The translations under genes and the position numbers were made by a program. From assembly GCF_009914755.1 (NCBI RefSeq), contig NC_060926.1: a stretch of DNA of 64,000 nucleotides. One strand, written 5' to 3'. Positions 1-14,836 of the stretch are shown here, one piece after another. The notes under the pieces were generated by a model. It saw only the letters and a program-made list of their open reading frames with translations. It was not told the DNA's origin and searched no databases. How positions within the stretch are numbered: the first letter of the stretch is position 1; the number at the start of each line of letters is the position of its first letter. This stretch comes from the human T2T-CHM13v2.0 reference genome, Homo sapiens.

Positions 1-2082
1 TATAATCCTTTGGGTATAGATCCAGTAATGGGATTGCTGGGTCAAATGGTATTTCTAGTTCTAGATCCTTGAGGAATTGCCACACTGTCTTCCACAATGG
101 TTGAACTAATTTACACTCCCACTAACAGTGTAAAAGCATTCCTGTTTCTCCACATCCTCTCCAACATCTGTTGTTTCCTGAGTTTTTAATAATCACCATT
201 CTAACTGGCATGAGATAGTGTCTCATTGTGGTTTTGATTTGCATTTCTCTAATGACCAGTGATGATGAGCTTTTTTTCATGTTTGTTGGCCACATAAATG
301 TCTTTTTTTGAGAAGTGTCTGTTCATATCCTTTGCCCACTTTTTGATAAGGTTGTTTGTTTTGTTCCTTGTAAATTCTGGATATTAGCCCTTTGTCAGAT
401 GGATAGATTGCAAAAATTTTCTCCCATTCTGTAGGTTGCCTTTTCACTCTGATGATAGTTTCTTTTGATGTGCAGAAGCTCCTTAATTTAATTGGATCCC
501 CTTTGTCAATTTTGGCTTTTGTTGCAATTGCTTTTGGTGTTTTAGTCATGAAGTCTTTGCCCATGCTTATGTCCTGAATGGTATTGCCTAGGTTTTTCTC
601 CAGGGTTTTCATGGTTTTAGGGCTTCACTTTAAGTTTTTAATCCATCTTAAGTTAATTTTTGTATAAGGTGTAAGGAAGGGGTCTAGTTTCAGTTTTCTG
701 CATATGGCTAGCCAGTTTTCCCAAGACCATTTATTAAATAGGGAATCCTTTTCCCATTGCTTGTTTTTGTCATGTGTGTCAAAGATCAGATGCCTGTAGA
801 TGTGTGGCATTGTTTCTGAGGCCTCTTTTCTGCTCCATTGGTCTATATATCTGTTTTGGAAGCCTTGTATCCCAAAACCATGCTTCTTTGGTTATTGTAG
901 TCTTGTAGTATAGTTTGAAGTCACGTAACATGATGCCTCCAGCTTTGTTCTTTTTGCTTAGGATTGTCTTGGCTATACAGGCTCTTTTTTGGTTCCATAT
1001 GAAATTTAAAGTAGTTTTTTCTAATTCTCTGAAGAAAGTCAATGGTAGCTCAATGGGGATAGCATTGAATCTATAAATTACTTTGGACAGTATGGCCATT
1101 TTCACGCTATTAATTCTTCCCATCCATAAGCATGGAATGTTTTACCATTTATTTGTTTCCTCTCTTATTTCCTTAAACAGTGCTTTGTAGTTCTCTTTTA
1201 AGAGGTCCTTCACATCCCTTGTAAGTTGGATTCCTAGGTATTTTATTCTCTTTGCAGCGATTGTGAATGGGGGTTCACTCATGATTTGCTTCTCTGTCTA
1301 TTATCAGTATATGGGAATGCTTCTGATTTTTGCAAATTGATTTTGTATCTGAGACTTGCTGAAGTTGCTTATCAGCTTAAGGAGTGTCTGGCCTGTGATG
1401 ATGGGGTTTTCTAAATATACAATCATGTCATCTGCAAACAGAGACAATTTGACTTCCCCTCTTCATATTTGAATACGCTTTATTTCTTTCTCTTTCCTGA
1501 TTGCCCTGGCCAGAACTACCAATACTTTGTTGAATAATAGTGGTGAGAGAGGGCATCCTTGTCTTGTGCCGGTTTTCCAAAGGAATGCTTCCAGCTTTTG
1601 CCCATTCAGTATGATATTGGCTGTGGGTTTGTCATAAATAGCTCTTATTATTTTGAGATATATTCCATCAATACCTAGTTTATTGAGAGTTTTTAGCATG
1701 AAGGGTGTTGAATTTTATCAGACCTTTTCTGCATCTATTGAGATAATCATGTGGTTTTTGTCATTGGTTCTGTTTATGTGACGGATTACGTTTATTGATT
1801 TGTGTATGTTGAACCAGCCTTGCATCCCAAGGATGAAGCTGACTTGATCGTGGTAGATAAGCTTTTTGATGTGTTGCTAGATTCGGTTTGCTAGTATTTT
1901 ATTGAGGATTTCGCATCGATGTTCATCAGGGATATTGCCCTGAAATTTTCTTTGTTGTTGTGTCTCTGCCAGGTTTTAGTATTAGGATGATGCTGGCTTC
2001 ATAAAATGAGTTAGGGAGGAGTCCCTCTTCTTCTGTTGTTTGCAAGAGTTTCAGAAGGAATGGTATCAATTCCTCTTTGTAC
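1..2082 (-). mobile_element. L1PA ORF2 segment; the inverted arm of a 5'-inverted L1, continuing off the left edge
   Basis: Minus-strand ORF2 peptides ([42 protein letters not shown]) broken by stops and frameshifts. Colinear with about 54850-56957 of the full-length L1 in this window. Confidence 0.95.
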
Positions 2083-2337
2083 TCATAAGTGGGAGTTGAA
2101 CAATGAGAACACATGGACATAGGGAGGGGAACATCACACACAAGTACCTGTTGGTGGGTGGGGGAGCTAGGGGAGGGATAACATTAAGAGAAATACCTAA
2201 TGTAGATGACGGGTTGATGGGTGCAGCGAACCACCATGGCACATGTATACTTATGTAACAAACTTGCATGTTCTGCACATGTATCCCAGAATTTAAAGTA
2301 TAATATAAAATAAATAAAATAAAATAAAAAAAGAAAA
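2081..2337 (+). mobile_element. L1PA (about L1PA6/7) 3' UTR and A-rich tail
   Basis: actcataagtgggagttgaacaatgagaacac...gtatcccagaatttaaagtataat, followed by an A-rich tail. Confidence 0.93.
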
Positions 2338-2339
2338 CT

Positions 2340-4330
2340 GAAAAGAACGTAACTATTAGAATTAAAAATAATTTAACAAGATTACTAGATTTAAAAAAAT
2401 CAACATATAAAATTCAATTTTTAAAATCATTGAACTACAAACTTATTTGTGCTCTCTTATGTATGAGTATTATAGGTCAATAAAAAGTTTAATTTCTAAA
2501 GATGTGTATTTCTAAATACCAGGAACAAATAATTTTTAAAGATTTAATCTATTTTAGTAGCATTGAAAGTATAAAATATCTAGGAATAAATCTAACAAAT
2601 AATAACCAAAACTTTTTAAAAATATTATAAAACTTTATAGAATTACATTCAAGAAGACTCAAATAAAGAAAACCTAAATTAATAAACTATGCTCATTGAT
2701 TTTAAAACTAAATATTTGAATAAACTATTTTTGACTTATTCAGTATAGATCCAAATGCAATTTGAAAACAATGGTATTTTTGTAGCAATGTAGAAACTGA
2801 ATCTGTAAATGCACATGGAAAAAAATGAACTGAGAATAACAGACACTCATGAAGAAAAGGAACAACATAAATGACTTCACCTTACCATATACTGAATATC
2901 ATTATAAAACTAAAAATTAAATTGTAGTATTGCCAAAGGCAAGACAGAGAGATTCGTGGACACAGAATAAAGATCAGTAATAGATATTTGTAAATATACA
3001 CTTGAGAACTTGATTAAAACAGAGCTGATTTTGCAGACTACTGTGTAATGGATAGAATCTTTGATAACTGTCGCTAGAACAATTAGTTGTCCATATAGAA
3101 AAAAAAATAAAGCCAGACTAATACCTCATATCAGAGACAAAAGTAAACATTATCTTAACTACAAAATTACATGTGAACAACTAAATTATAAAGCTTTGAG
3201 AAGACAATAGAGGAATATGTACTTATTACTTCAGGACTAAGAAGAATTTCTTTAAAAATATATAAACCAAAAACCATTTAGGTCATTGTTTGGGAATTAA
3301 GGACTTCTGCTCATACTGAGACAGCAAAACAAACCAAAAAACAAGCAACAAATGAGAAAAACATATTTTCAGTTATATAAGGGATATAAATGTTTGTGTG
3401 CATGTATCATAATATATATATTATAAATAAAGAATGACTAAACAAGGAAAAGATAAGTGATCCAATTAAAAAACAGGGAAAAATATTGTGAAGACACTAT
3501 ATAGGAAGAAACAACTAGTAACTATTAGGTTGGTGCATTAAAAGTAATGACAAAAACCGCAATTACTTTTGCACCAACATAATTTTTAAAGATTTACTTT
3601 AATCAAATTGAAAATTAGAAGAATCAAAAATAAAACCACAATAAGATGTCATTTCACACATATACTAGATAGGCAAGAATATTAAAATCTGAAAATGTCA
3701 ATTATTAGAAAAGATGTGGAACATTCAGAAGAACAAATAGCTTATGATAATGTAATATAGAACAACAAGCCTGGAATGACATTACATAATAAATTTGAAG
3801 ATATGCAAAACACTTCCATTCCTGAGAATACACCCTAGAGGAATTCTTGCTATTTATATGCTCCAAGAGTCCTGCTCAAGAATATCAATGGCCATACATT
3901 AGAGACACCTGGGAAGAACATTACTGAGCACTGAAAGAGGAATGACCTAAAGGTTCCACCTGTATTTACAGGCTAGAATGTGAGACAACACTGAAAATGA
4001 ATGCATTACAGCTACGCACACCAACAAAAACATGTTTAAAATCTTAGCTATGACCGAGAAACACAAGTTATAGGAGAATACAGGAAGCCTAATTCCTTCA
4101 TATACATATAAAATTGAACTATATAAAGTATAGGAAAAGAGCACATAGAATTATGATGAAAGGCAAGGGAATCTTAAACACAACATTCAGAACAGTGGTG
4201 TGGCTTTTCACCTGACTGAGAAAAGAAAGGAATGGACGAGGCAAGGAAGAGAGGAAATTTTAAAACAAGTAATATTATGTTTCTAAACCTGGATTATATT
4301 AATTGAATCACTGTGATTTATACTACTTAC
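2340..4330 (+). mobile_element. Old, degraded L1M (L1ME-like) ORF2 and 3' region
   Basis: Degenerate L1 motifs such as aaaatatctaggaataaatctaacaaa and aaataaaaccacaataagatgtcatttcacac. A-rich strand bias. Confidence 0.65.
3525..3582. mobile_element. MADE1 mariner-derived MITE, internally deleted
   Basis: ttaggttggtgca...aaaaaccgcaattacttttgcaccaacataa matches MADE1/Hsmar1 TIRs. Preceded by TA. Confidence 0.85.
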
Positions 4331-4819
4331 ATTTTAGAGTTTTTTGCGCCTACAGATAATTTAAGCAAAATAAAAGAGTTTTTATTTCACTCTCATCTCA
4401 ATCTCAAAGCATTGTCTGGTGCTCCCACTTGGAGGATGCCTACAACAGAATAAATAAGGAAGATGCTTACCCATCTTCACCGGAATTCCTGTTGGCTCCC
4501 TGAAGGCATATGTTTAAACAGATTGTGGAGTCTTATTGCACTATGTTCTTTCTTTCTCTACTTTCTTGTATAATTGATTAATGCTGATTAGTCCCCCTTC
4601 AAAGGTATTTATTTCTTTCCCTCCTCTTTAGCTCTCATAAAGGACACAAACTGACATGAGACACACAAATGTACTCAGCGCTAATCCATTTCCTTTTATC
4701 CTTCCCTAATAACTTCCTAAAATTTTATTTGTTCAATTTCATATATCCTCCTTTTTACCACCTGCTTTAACTGTTGTTTATAAAAACATACATGCTCAAA
4801 ACCAATTCAATTAGGCGTT

Positions 4820-5410
4820 AGCCTTTCCACACATGGTGCTGGAGTAATTTACATCTATTGGCAAAGAAAAAAAAAACTTTGACATAAATCTCACGTCCTG
4901 TACAAAAATTAATTCAAAATGCATAATAGACTTAAACATAAAACTATAAAACCTTCTGTAGAGGACCTTCAAGATCTGGGGCCAGACAAAGAGTTCTTAT
5001 ACTTTACAACAAAGGCACAATTCATAAAAAGAAAAATTGCTAAGTTAAGCATCATCAAAATTAAAAACTGTTGACTTGGATAAGACCCCGTTAATAGAAT
5101 AAAAAGATAAATTACAGAGTGGAAGAAAATATTTACATACTAGGTATTATACAGAGGACTATTATGTAGAATATGTATACAATTTTTTAAACCAACAATA
5201 GAAAAGTAAGCAATCCACTTAGAACATTGGAAGGACAGGAAGGAAGTGGGTATAGCTATCTTTACTATATCAATGTCAATATCCTAGCTGTGATATTTTA
5301 TTGTACTTTTGTGAGATACTACCCTTGGGGGAACTGGGATAAAAGTACACGGAATCTCTGTTTCCTTTCTTACAACCGCCTGTGAATCTACAATAATCTA
5401 AAAAATAACA
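4820..5410 (+). mobile_element. L1MC-like ORF2 and 3' end fragments
   Basis: acatggtgctggagtaat..., aaaattaattcaaaatg, and a 3'-end motif tttcttacaaccgcctgtgaatctacaataatct. Confidence 0.65.
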
Positions 5411-5417
5411 AATTTTA

Positions 5418-5550
5418 AGCTTGGTGCACTTGGTGCATGACTATAGTCCCAGCTACTCAGGAGGCTGAGGTGAAAATTTGAGGCTTATACCCGGGAATTT
5501 GAGGCCAGTCTGGGCAATACAGGAAGAACTTGTCTCTCAAAATAAGAAAA
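5418..5550 (+). mobile_element. Alu monomer (FLAM-like)
   Basis: tagtcccagctactcaggaggctgagg...tttgaggccagtctgggcaa, single arm. Confidence 0.75.
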
Positions 5551-5870
5551 ATTTAATTAAGGAAGAAGAGCATGTGCTTTCAGAAGGTAATCGAATTAGT
5601 CCTAACAATTAAAATGTATACATTCTGATATTAGAACACCTTCTTGTTGAAAGAATAGTTTTATCTTTTTATGCCTCTGACACATTAAAATGTAACTCAA
5701 TCGGGAAGATGATAAAATCACATTAATTTTATTACAGTTATTCATCATCATTCATCGTCACTATTCCCTTCCTTATTCACTTATAATTAATAAGCCATTT
5801 AACTTAACTGCTGAAAGTGACTTCAGTCAGAAATACAGTCTAATCCCTCATTTCAAATGGGGTATCTAAA

Positions 5871-6080
5871 GCAGAGCATCTCAAACTTTAGGGGCATGAG
5901 AATCATCTGGACAGTGTGTGTTAACTTACAGGTTGCTAGGTCTCACCCACAGAATATATAGTTCAGCAGTTCTGGGCATCCCTTGAGAATCTGCACTTCT
6001 ATTAAGTTTCCAGGTGTTGCTGGTGCTGCTGATGCAGGTGATGAAGGCATTGGTCCACAGACCTCATTTTGAGTGGTACT
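5871..6080. mobile_element. MER5A (hAT-Charlie MITE), apparently inside a MIR fragment
   Basis: ctcaaactttaggggcatgagaatcatctgg...tgagaatctgcacttctattaagtttccaggtg...cattttgagtggtact. Confidence 0.8.
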
Positions 6081-7864
6081 CTTTCTGAGACCAGAGGACT
6101 TAAGTATTTGTCTAAAGGCTGCACAATTCACAATAGCTAAGCACTAGTACATTCTTTACCACTACTTTATTTTGAAATTTTGCTTATTTTATTATTTAAA
6201 AAAAATTATAAGGAAAATCCTTTTTTATCTCCACTGATTGGAATAATACGTCATAAACTAGAATTCCCACTTCTACAGCACATGTATATCTCACTAAGTG
6301 TTGGCCAAATTTTATAAAAAATCACAAAGGTTGAAGTCACCGTTTGAACTGTAGTTTAAAAAGATAGAAGTACTTGAGGTTTTGTGTAAGATGTATAAAC
6401 TTGTCATAAAATGGCTTTCAAGCACAGCATGTTTAGCCCCACACAGCAGCATTGTCTTGCACACAGTCATCCTTAAACTATAAGGTAGCATCCATCATAA
6501 ATCTTATTTTAGAACTATGAAAATAAAAAAGCAGCACTATTTCTCTCAGCATTGCATAGAAGTAGATTCAAAATTCCAAATATATATTATAATATTGCCA
6601 TCTAATGGATAATCCACAAAGAAAATATAAAGTTCATAATTAAATGTGCTGCTGCTGTTGAAATTCTGCTATAATCCAGCATAAAACCTTAGATTACAAG
6701 ATCAAAGATTGCTAAAAAAAAAAAGCATACTAATTTTTCTCTGATATGGAAAATAGTGACGTAAGTCACGAACCAATGCATGTGACAAAACATTTTCTTC
6801 TTTTTTCAATAAACATAATATTTCCTATTTTCCAGGAAACAAACGGGAATAAAATTTTCATTTTTTATTATTTCTAAAACTAAAAGGTCATTCTCCTTCA
6901 AAATATTTAATCACTAATTGTATTTTTTAATAAGATAGTTTGTAGAATTTTTTTATAAATTAGAGAAAACATCATAAATAAGGGAAGGAAATTTACAGTG
7001 ACTGCCTTGGTCTTTGTAAAATAAGCAAGGGGTGGAGATCACAGTCAAGAGCACAGAACCAGCCGATAGTTATTATCTGACTTAAGCAAATAGACTACTG
7101 TTTTATCACTCACAAAATAAAGATTTGAGATCAAATAATCTTTAAGAACTTTCCTGATTTAACATTCATGATGAAATACTTTTATTTGAGTTTCAGTTCC
7201 CTTTCTTATGGAAGGTAAAAGTTGATTGCAGTTGAAAAATTACTTTCAAGCAAAGTTGAAGCCACAATCACATTTGCTTTCTCAGGGATTTCCTAACTGC
7301 TTTTCAAGGCTCTGGGGTTAAATATATATATTGTTTTCATTTTTCACACACCAGAGTTACATGTAATGTGAAAATGTGTTTTCCCACCCAGAGTCACCAA
7401 GGCCTTAGGAAATAAAGCCTTCCAAGTATGATTTCCTCTTAGTATAAATTTTCAGCAGCATATACCAAAGATAAAATCAGAGTGTCTAAAATTATATTAC
7501 GTGTAAGCTTTCCTAGGGTTACTTACCTAGGGTTCCTCATATGTTTTAAAAGTTTTTGTTTTTTCTTTATCAAAAAACAAATGCAGAACAACAGAAGTAA
7601 GACAGAAGGAGAGGAAAAAAGGAGAAAGGGAGAAAGACTTCTTACAAAACCAAACTGCAAATGTAATGGAAATACTTTGGGACAATATTATTTGTGTGTG
7701 CTATATGTCAAATCATAAATGTTACAAAATTTGTGCCTAAATACATAAATATTTTCATAGTATATGTTCTTAGAAGTGAAATTGGTAATTTAGAGAATAG
7801 GCAATATTTACATTTTGATTGATACTGCCAAAATAATCTAGCTACAAAAAATAATAATGCAGTT

Positions 7865-8171
<307 letters not shown>

Positions 8172-9595
8172 TGATTGCTGTTGCTGAAAATGGAAAATAC
8201 AGAGGCCACAGAAGCTAGATTGCCTTTATTAAGAAAAAGTTCATACTTTTGGACCTAGATGTAGCCCCCATCTCTACTACCATGATCACATACCTCTGCC
8301 TATTGTAACAGATTGGCATGGCCAATGATGAAGCCTGGCTAACTTTATCTGGCTGAATAATTTTGTCTACTTGGTTGTTTAGTGATTCTTCCATGTTAGA
8401 TACTTTCTGAGAAGTAATACAAAATCTTCAAAATTCACATATACTATCATGTGTTCATAGACATGCTTCTACCTTAGATCTCTGTCTGATATCTACTAAT
8501 TATTTTGTTGTCATGTCCCTGAGAAATTGACCAGGCCAGTGGCCACTGCTCAGGTATTTGTATACACTCTTGATTCAGGGCCCCATGTCTCCTCTGCCCT
8601 AATTGCCTGACCAGGTCACCACTCACATCTCCACTCATCTGTTATTGGTTTTCATCCACATAGTAGCTGACACATCTGTAAAACAAACTTGAGCTTTCCT
8701 TTCTCAGTTGGTGATACATGACCCTCATATGTCCATGGTTGCAAGCTGAGGAAAGTGTGCCTATGCACATGTAGAGTAATACATGGATTTTATTTACCTG
8801 ATCACGCAGCTTACTTGTGCTATCAAGTCCTATCTAGATTCAATCTTAGATGTTCCATTTAAAATGTACAAGTATGTGTAAATTTACAACTTGATAGGGC
8901 TGACAGAACCCAGCTCATTACTATCAGTTTAGATGCATAGTTACTTGGTTCTGTTATCAAGTGTTTAGTCTCTACCAATAACATGCCAAGAGAGATTTCT
9001 CAAAGTCCCTACAGTTCTCTGTTGAGGTTGACCTAGCTTTGCTGTGGAATCACAAATTTCTGCATTTTCACTATAGAACTGGGCTTTGTCATAAGTTCCA
9101 TGTAGCATCTTTTTCTATCACCACCACTTCTAATACCATAGACTCTTTTGGAATGTATGATTTTATCGGCATTGCTTCTTGCAGTGTGACCTGGATCTGC
9201 TACAAAACACTTTCTTGCTTCAGGTTCAATTCTAAACTTGCAGCTTATTTCTTCCAGGTGTGAGATGGTTTACCACCAGGATCCAAAGAGGCTCACCTGG
9301 TTCAGTGGTTTTTCATTTTGGTAATGGATGCAAAATGCAACTGTTTGTCTCTGACTTTGGAGAAGTTATACTAGATTATTATTGATCACAAGATCCCTAA
9401 ATTCTACCAATGTGGCAAGTGCTTGTATCTTCATAGTGATTATCTTTCAGCCTGTAAAATACATGTGTTTTCCTAAGGCCCCTCCAGTGAACTAGCCACC
9501 TATTTATCATCCTGTCTAATCAGCATAATGTCACCAATGTAATGGATCTATGAAATGGCAAGGTGTGCCAGATAGTCTTGTATAATATTAGTACA

Positions 9596-9887
9596 TGCTG
9601 GTTGCAGTAGTTCACTCCTGTTATCCCAGCACTTTGGGAGGCTGAGGTGAAAGAATCACTTGAGGAAAGAAGTTCAAAATCAGCCTGGGCAACATAGTGA
9701 GACCTGGTCACTACAGTTTTTTTTAATTAATGGGTCACTGTGGTGTGCACCTGCAGTCCCAGCTACTCCAGCTACTCAGGACGCTGAGGCCAGATAATTG
9801 TTTAAGCCCAGGAGTTCGAGGGTACGGTGAGCTATGATAGTACCAATGCACTCCAGCCTGGGCAACAGAGTGAGACCTGATCTCTAA
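9596..9887 (+). mobile_element. AluJ-like element inside the ERVL RT
   Basis: tcccagcactttgggaggctgagg...cactccagcctgggcaacagagtgagacc. Confidence 0.9.
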
Positions 9888-9986
9888 AAGATAGATGAAT
9901 AAATAGAAAGATAGATAGGTAGGTAGGTAGATAGATAGATACATACATACATACATACATACATACATACATACATACATACATAC
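9888..9986 (+). repeat. Compound (TAGA)/(TAGG)/(TACA)n microsatellite derived from the Alu tail
   Basis: Read directly. It explains the MYVC-repeat ORFs. Confidence 0.95.
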
Positions 9987-10472
9987 TTATATATATAATT
10001 ACAGTGGGCAGGAAAGTTAACATAACTCTGAGGAAAGCCTGAATAATTGTGTCTATCCCATGTAAATGTGAAAAATTTCTGATCCCTTTTTAAACTTGAA
10101 ATAAGGAAGTGATTCACCAAATCAATGGCCACATATCATGTAGGTGAGGCCTTATTTTTCTTCTCTAGCAGTGATACCACATTTGCCTCAGTGACTGGGA
10201 TTGGGTTTACTACTTGGTTAAGCCTGCAATAGGCTACAATAATTATCCAAGAGTTACTTACCATATTTTTTCAGGGGCCAGACTAGAGAATTAATCAGAT
10301 ATATGACAGTGACCACCATTGCTTTATCCTATAAGTCTACAATAATCTTACTAAACTTGATCACCCCATCCCCCACCACCATCCTCCAGGATATGATACT
10401 GTTTTTTGTTTTTACCTTGGCAGGCAGAAGGAAGTTTGAGAGGTTACACTTAGCCTTACTCATCATGTATCA

Positions 10473-10964
<492 letters not shown>

Positions 10965-11524
10965 TTAAGCTTTCAGATATCATAATGAGGCTCACTTTTT
11001 CTTCTGTTTTTAATCAAGTTATCTCTTAGGGGAAAATAGGAGCCCAAAATCGTAGTAGCTAATAGGTTTTTGTTTTGTTTTGTTTTGTTTTGTTTTGAGC
11101 CATAAATATAATACTAGTCACTGGAGTCTATCCAGTGACCTGTTCTTGGTCATGTCATCCTGGTCCCCACTACAACATATTAACCAGGTCCTGAATATCT
11201 TTTGGTAAATATTCCATTTTTGTTTATATCAAGAACACTCTGAGCCCTTCCTAGGTCATGCTGAGATCTGAACCTAGTTATTTAAGAAGTTCGAGGATTA
11301 CATTTTGAAGCATCTGCCCAAAGCAAGGTCTTTGTTGAGTCTCCAAGAAATAGGATGCCTTATCTCTAATTAGGGAATCTGCTAGCTTATTAGATACCAG
11401 AGGGAACAGGCAATCTACAAATTCAAAAATTTTATATGTATCTCCCCAAATGTCCTCAGCACAGTTCTCAGAATTGCTCTTCTTTCCTACTAGGGTCGTG
11501 ATTAAAGTCAGGCCTACATTAAAT

Positions 11525-11755
11525 TATAGGATGGGAATCATTAAATATTTTTTGGAAAGGGCTAGATAATTAATATTTTTAGCTTTGCAGGCCATATGGT
11601 GTCTGTTGTAACTATTCAATTCTGTAGAGTGTTGAGTGAAAGCAGTCATAAAAAACAGGCTAATGAATGGTAATGGTTGTACTCCCATAAAATTTTATTA
11701 AAAAAAAAAGTGGTAGGCTGAATTTGACCTAAGGGCCATAATTGTCTGACCCCTA
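11525..11755. mobile_element. MER58A (hAT-Charlie MITE)
   Basis: aaagggctagataattaatatttttagctttgcaggccatatgg...gtctgaccccta. 8-bp TSD cattaaat (11517-11524) / cattagat (11756-11763). Confidence 0.88.
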
Positions 11756-12759
11756 CATTAGATCCTTGCCAGGACTATGAATATAAATTCCTTTGTTACT
11801 ATGACACTTTATGATCAAATCTTCATTTTTATTACCAATACAAATCTGCCTTCTAGCTACAGAAAATGAGAGTTCTGTCTTTTCCAGCATGCCCTGAGTT
11901 GGTAGTTGACTAATCAAATCCTCTTTTTTTTTTCTTCAAGGTCTGTTTGGTGGATAACAAAAGTCAGTCCAGTCCCTAACTGTATATCTAGTTGTCATAA
12001 TTATTAATGTCCTTTTATCTTTCGAGTTTTAGAGCTATTTCTTAAGGTATATATTACATCCCAATATGCTCCAAATGATGAAAGTTTTAGTAATTATACC
12101 AAGCTAGAGATCTCAGCAGCAACTGATTCCTTGTTGCCATCTGTTTTGTTTGTTTTTAATTTTTTTTAATAAAAATAATTTCATTAAGGAAAAAATGAAA
12201 AGTAACAGTTTAAAGATTTTTTTAAAGAGGCGCATGAAAAATTAGGCTTATCCATTCTTTGACCTTTGTTTTGATTTTACACAAATGGTCTAAAACATCA
12301 AAATAAGCCTTAGTTGAGTTTAACTGAGTAGAATAAGACAATTATATTCTTTACATAAATCACAACATAATCAATGAATCTCTATTTGACTAAACCATGT
12401 AAATATAATTTCAAGACTTAGCTTCTCTATATTCCATGAAATCATGGATAAGAACTTGTCAAGCTAATTCTGAGTTCCCCAAATGCAGACTTTATATTTT
12501 ACTATAAAAACAACTTCAGTAATCATACAGAAACAAAGCTCACATTGTTATAATAATTAACAAGGAACCAATTTATTTTTACTATCCAAACAATTAATTA
12601 TTTAGCCTTTAAGATTTTTTTCTGTATTATCTCATTACAGTAAAAATGCATTTGGTTCAGAAATTATAAAAACAAGACCTTATCTTTCTTAAGTATACAT
12701 ATCTACTTGATTTCTTGTTGCCATATGAACAGTGACCGAATTAGAGGTTTTCAAGTGTT

Positions 12760-13220
12760 ATGTCTGCTCACTGAGTTCTTTCCAAAGCATTTAGGTGAAT
12801 GTAATTTAATCAGTGAGTGAACATAGAGGGCATATGAGGTGAGGAAGTGAGGAAGTAAGACAAAAAAAGATAAGAAGCTCAATAAAGGAAGCATTGACGA
12901 TGAGCAGGTAGGAACTGCAGCTAAATTCTGATAAGAGCCCTCTGAATGACTAAAGAGAATACATTTCAGAATTGTCTCAATGAAGGAGAAAAAGTTGTGA
13001 TCACCTACCAGCTCCCATCCGTCGTTTGTGGGAGGTTGCATCTTTGCACTAATAGCCCACCTCTACCCAGCCCCTCCAGACAGCTCTGGGACTCCCTGGG
13101 CATTATCTAGTGGAAGAAGAACACCCTCAGGCAGGAAGACGCAGGAAGCTATTGCTGTGTGTAGGAACTGTCTACTGAAAACCTCCAGGTGAACTGGGCT
13201 AATGTGTTCAGAGACCAACA
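12760..13220 (-). mobile_element. LTR33-like ERVL LTR
   Basis: gaggaagtaagac...ctcaataaagg...ccagctcccatccgtcgtt...ccctcaggcaggaagacgcagg resembles the LTR33 antisense consensus. Same strand as, and upstream of, the ERVL relic. Confidence 0.65.
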
Positions 13221-13463
13221 AGATCTCTTACAAACGTATTTCAATGGATTTGTTTGGAGAAACCACAACGAGGAGTTTAACATCTGAGTAGTGACTGATC
13301 CACAGAAACACACTGTAAGAACAATAAAATAATTTCGAAAGGTTACTGTCACTTATTTTTTTAGTTAACAAAAATACATAGTGAATAAATTAAAATGGAA
13401 TTTGGGGTAGGTGGCTATACAATCATTTGCATGTATTCAGGTATCTTGGTGATCTAGTCAGGG

Positions 13464-14363
<900 letters not shown>

Positions 14364-14460
14364 AAGGCACAAACATAGTGGTACAGATTGCAAAACAGCT
14401 CATTCAAATCCATTTCATTTTATGAAACGACATGTGTTTTTTGAAACAAAAGTCATTAAC

Positions 14461-14836
14461 TGATATGGTTTCACTGTGTCTCCACCCAAATCTTACCTTG
14501 AATTGTAGGTCACATAATGCCCATGTGTTGTGGGAGGCACCCAGTGGGAGGTAATTGAATTATAGGGGATGTTACCCTCATGCTGCAGTTCTTGTGATGG
14601 TGAGTGACTTCTCACAACAGCTGATGGTTTTATAAGGGGCTTTTCCCCCTTTTGCTTGGCACTTCTCCTTCCTGTTGCTATGAGAAGGACGTGTTTGCTT
14701 CCCTTTCCATCATGATGGTAAGTTTTCTGAGGTCTCCCCAACCATGCTGAACTGTGAGCCAATTAAACCTCTTTCCTTTATAAATTGCCTGGTCTGAGAT
14801 ATGTCTGTATTAGCAGCATGAGAATGGATTAATGTA
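14461..14836 (+). mobile_element. THE1D-like MaLR solo LTR
   Basis: tgatatggttt...gaactgtgagccaattaaacctctttcc. 5-bp TSD ttaac / tttac. Confidence 0.92.

Noticed and set aside
4471-4499. Possible 29-nt minus-strand exon (cag|...|gtaagc)
   Set aside because: Poor acceptor, frame-shifting length, and no supporting exons.
9735-10023. MYVC-repeat ORFs
   Set aside because: They are translations of the TACA/TAGA microsatellite and Alu.
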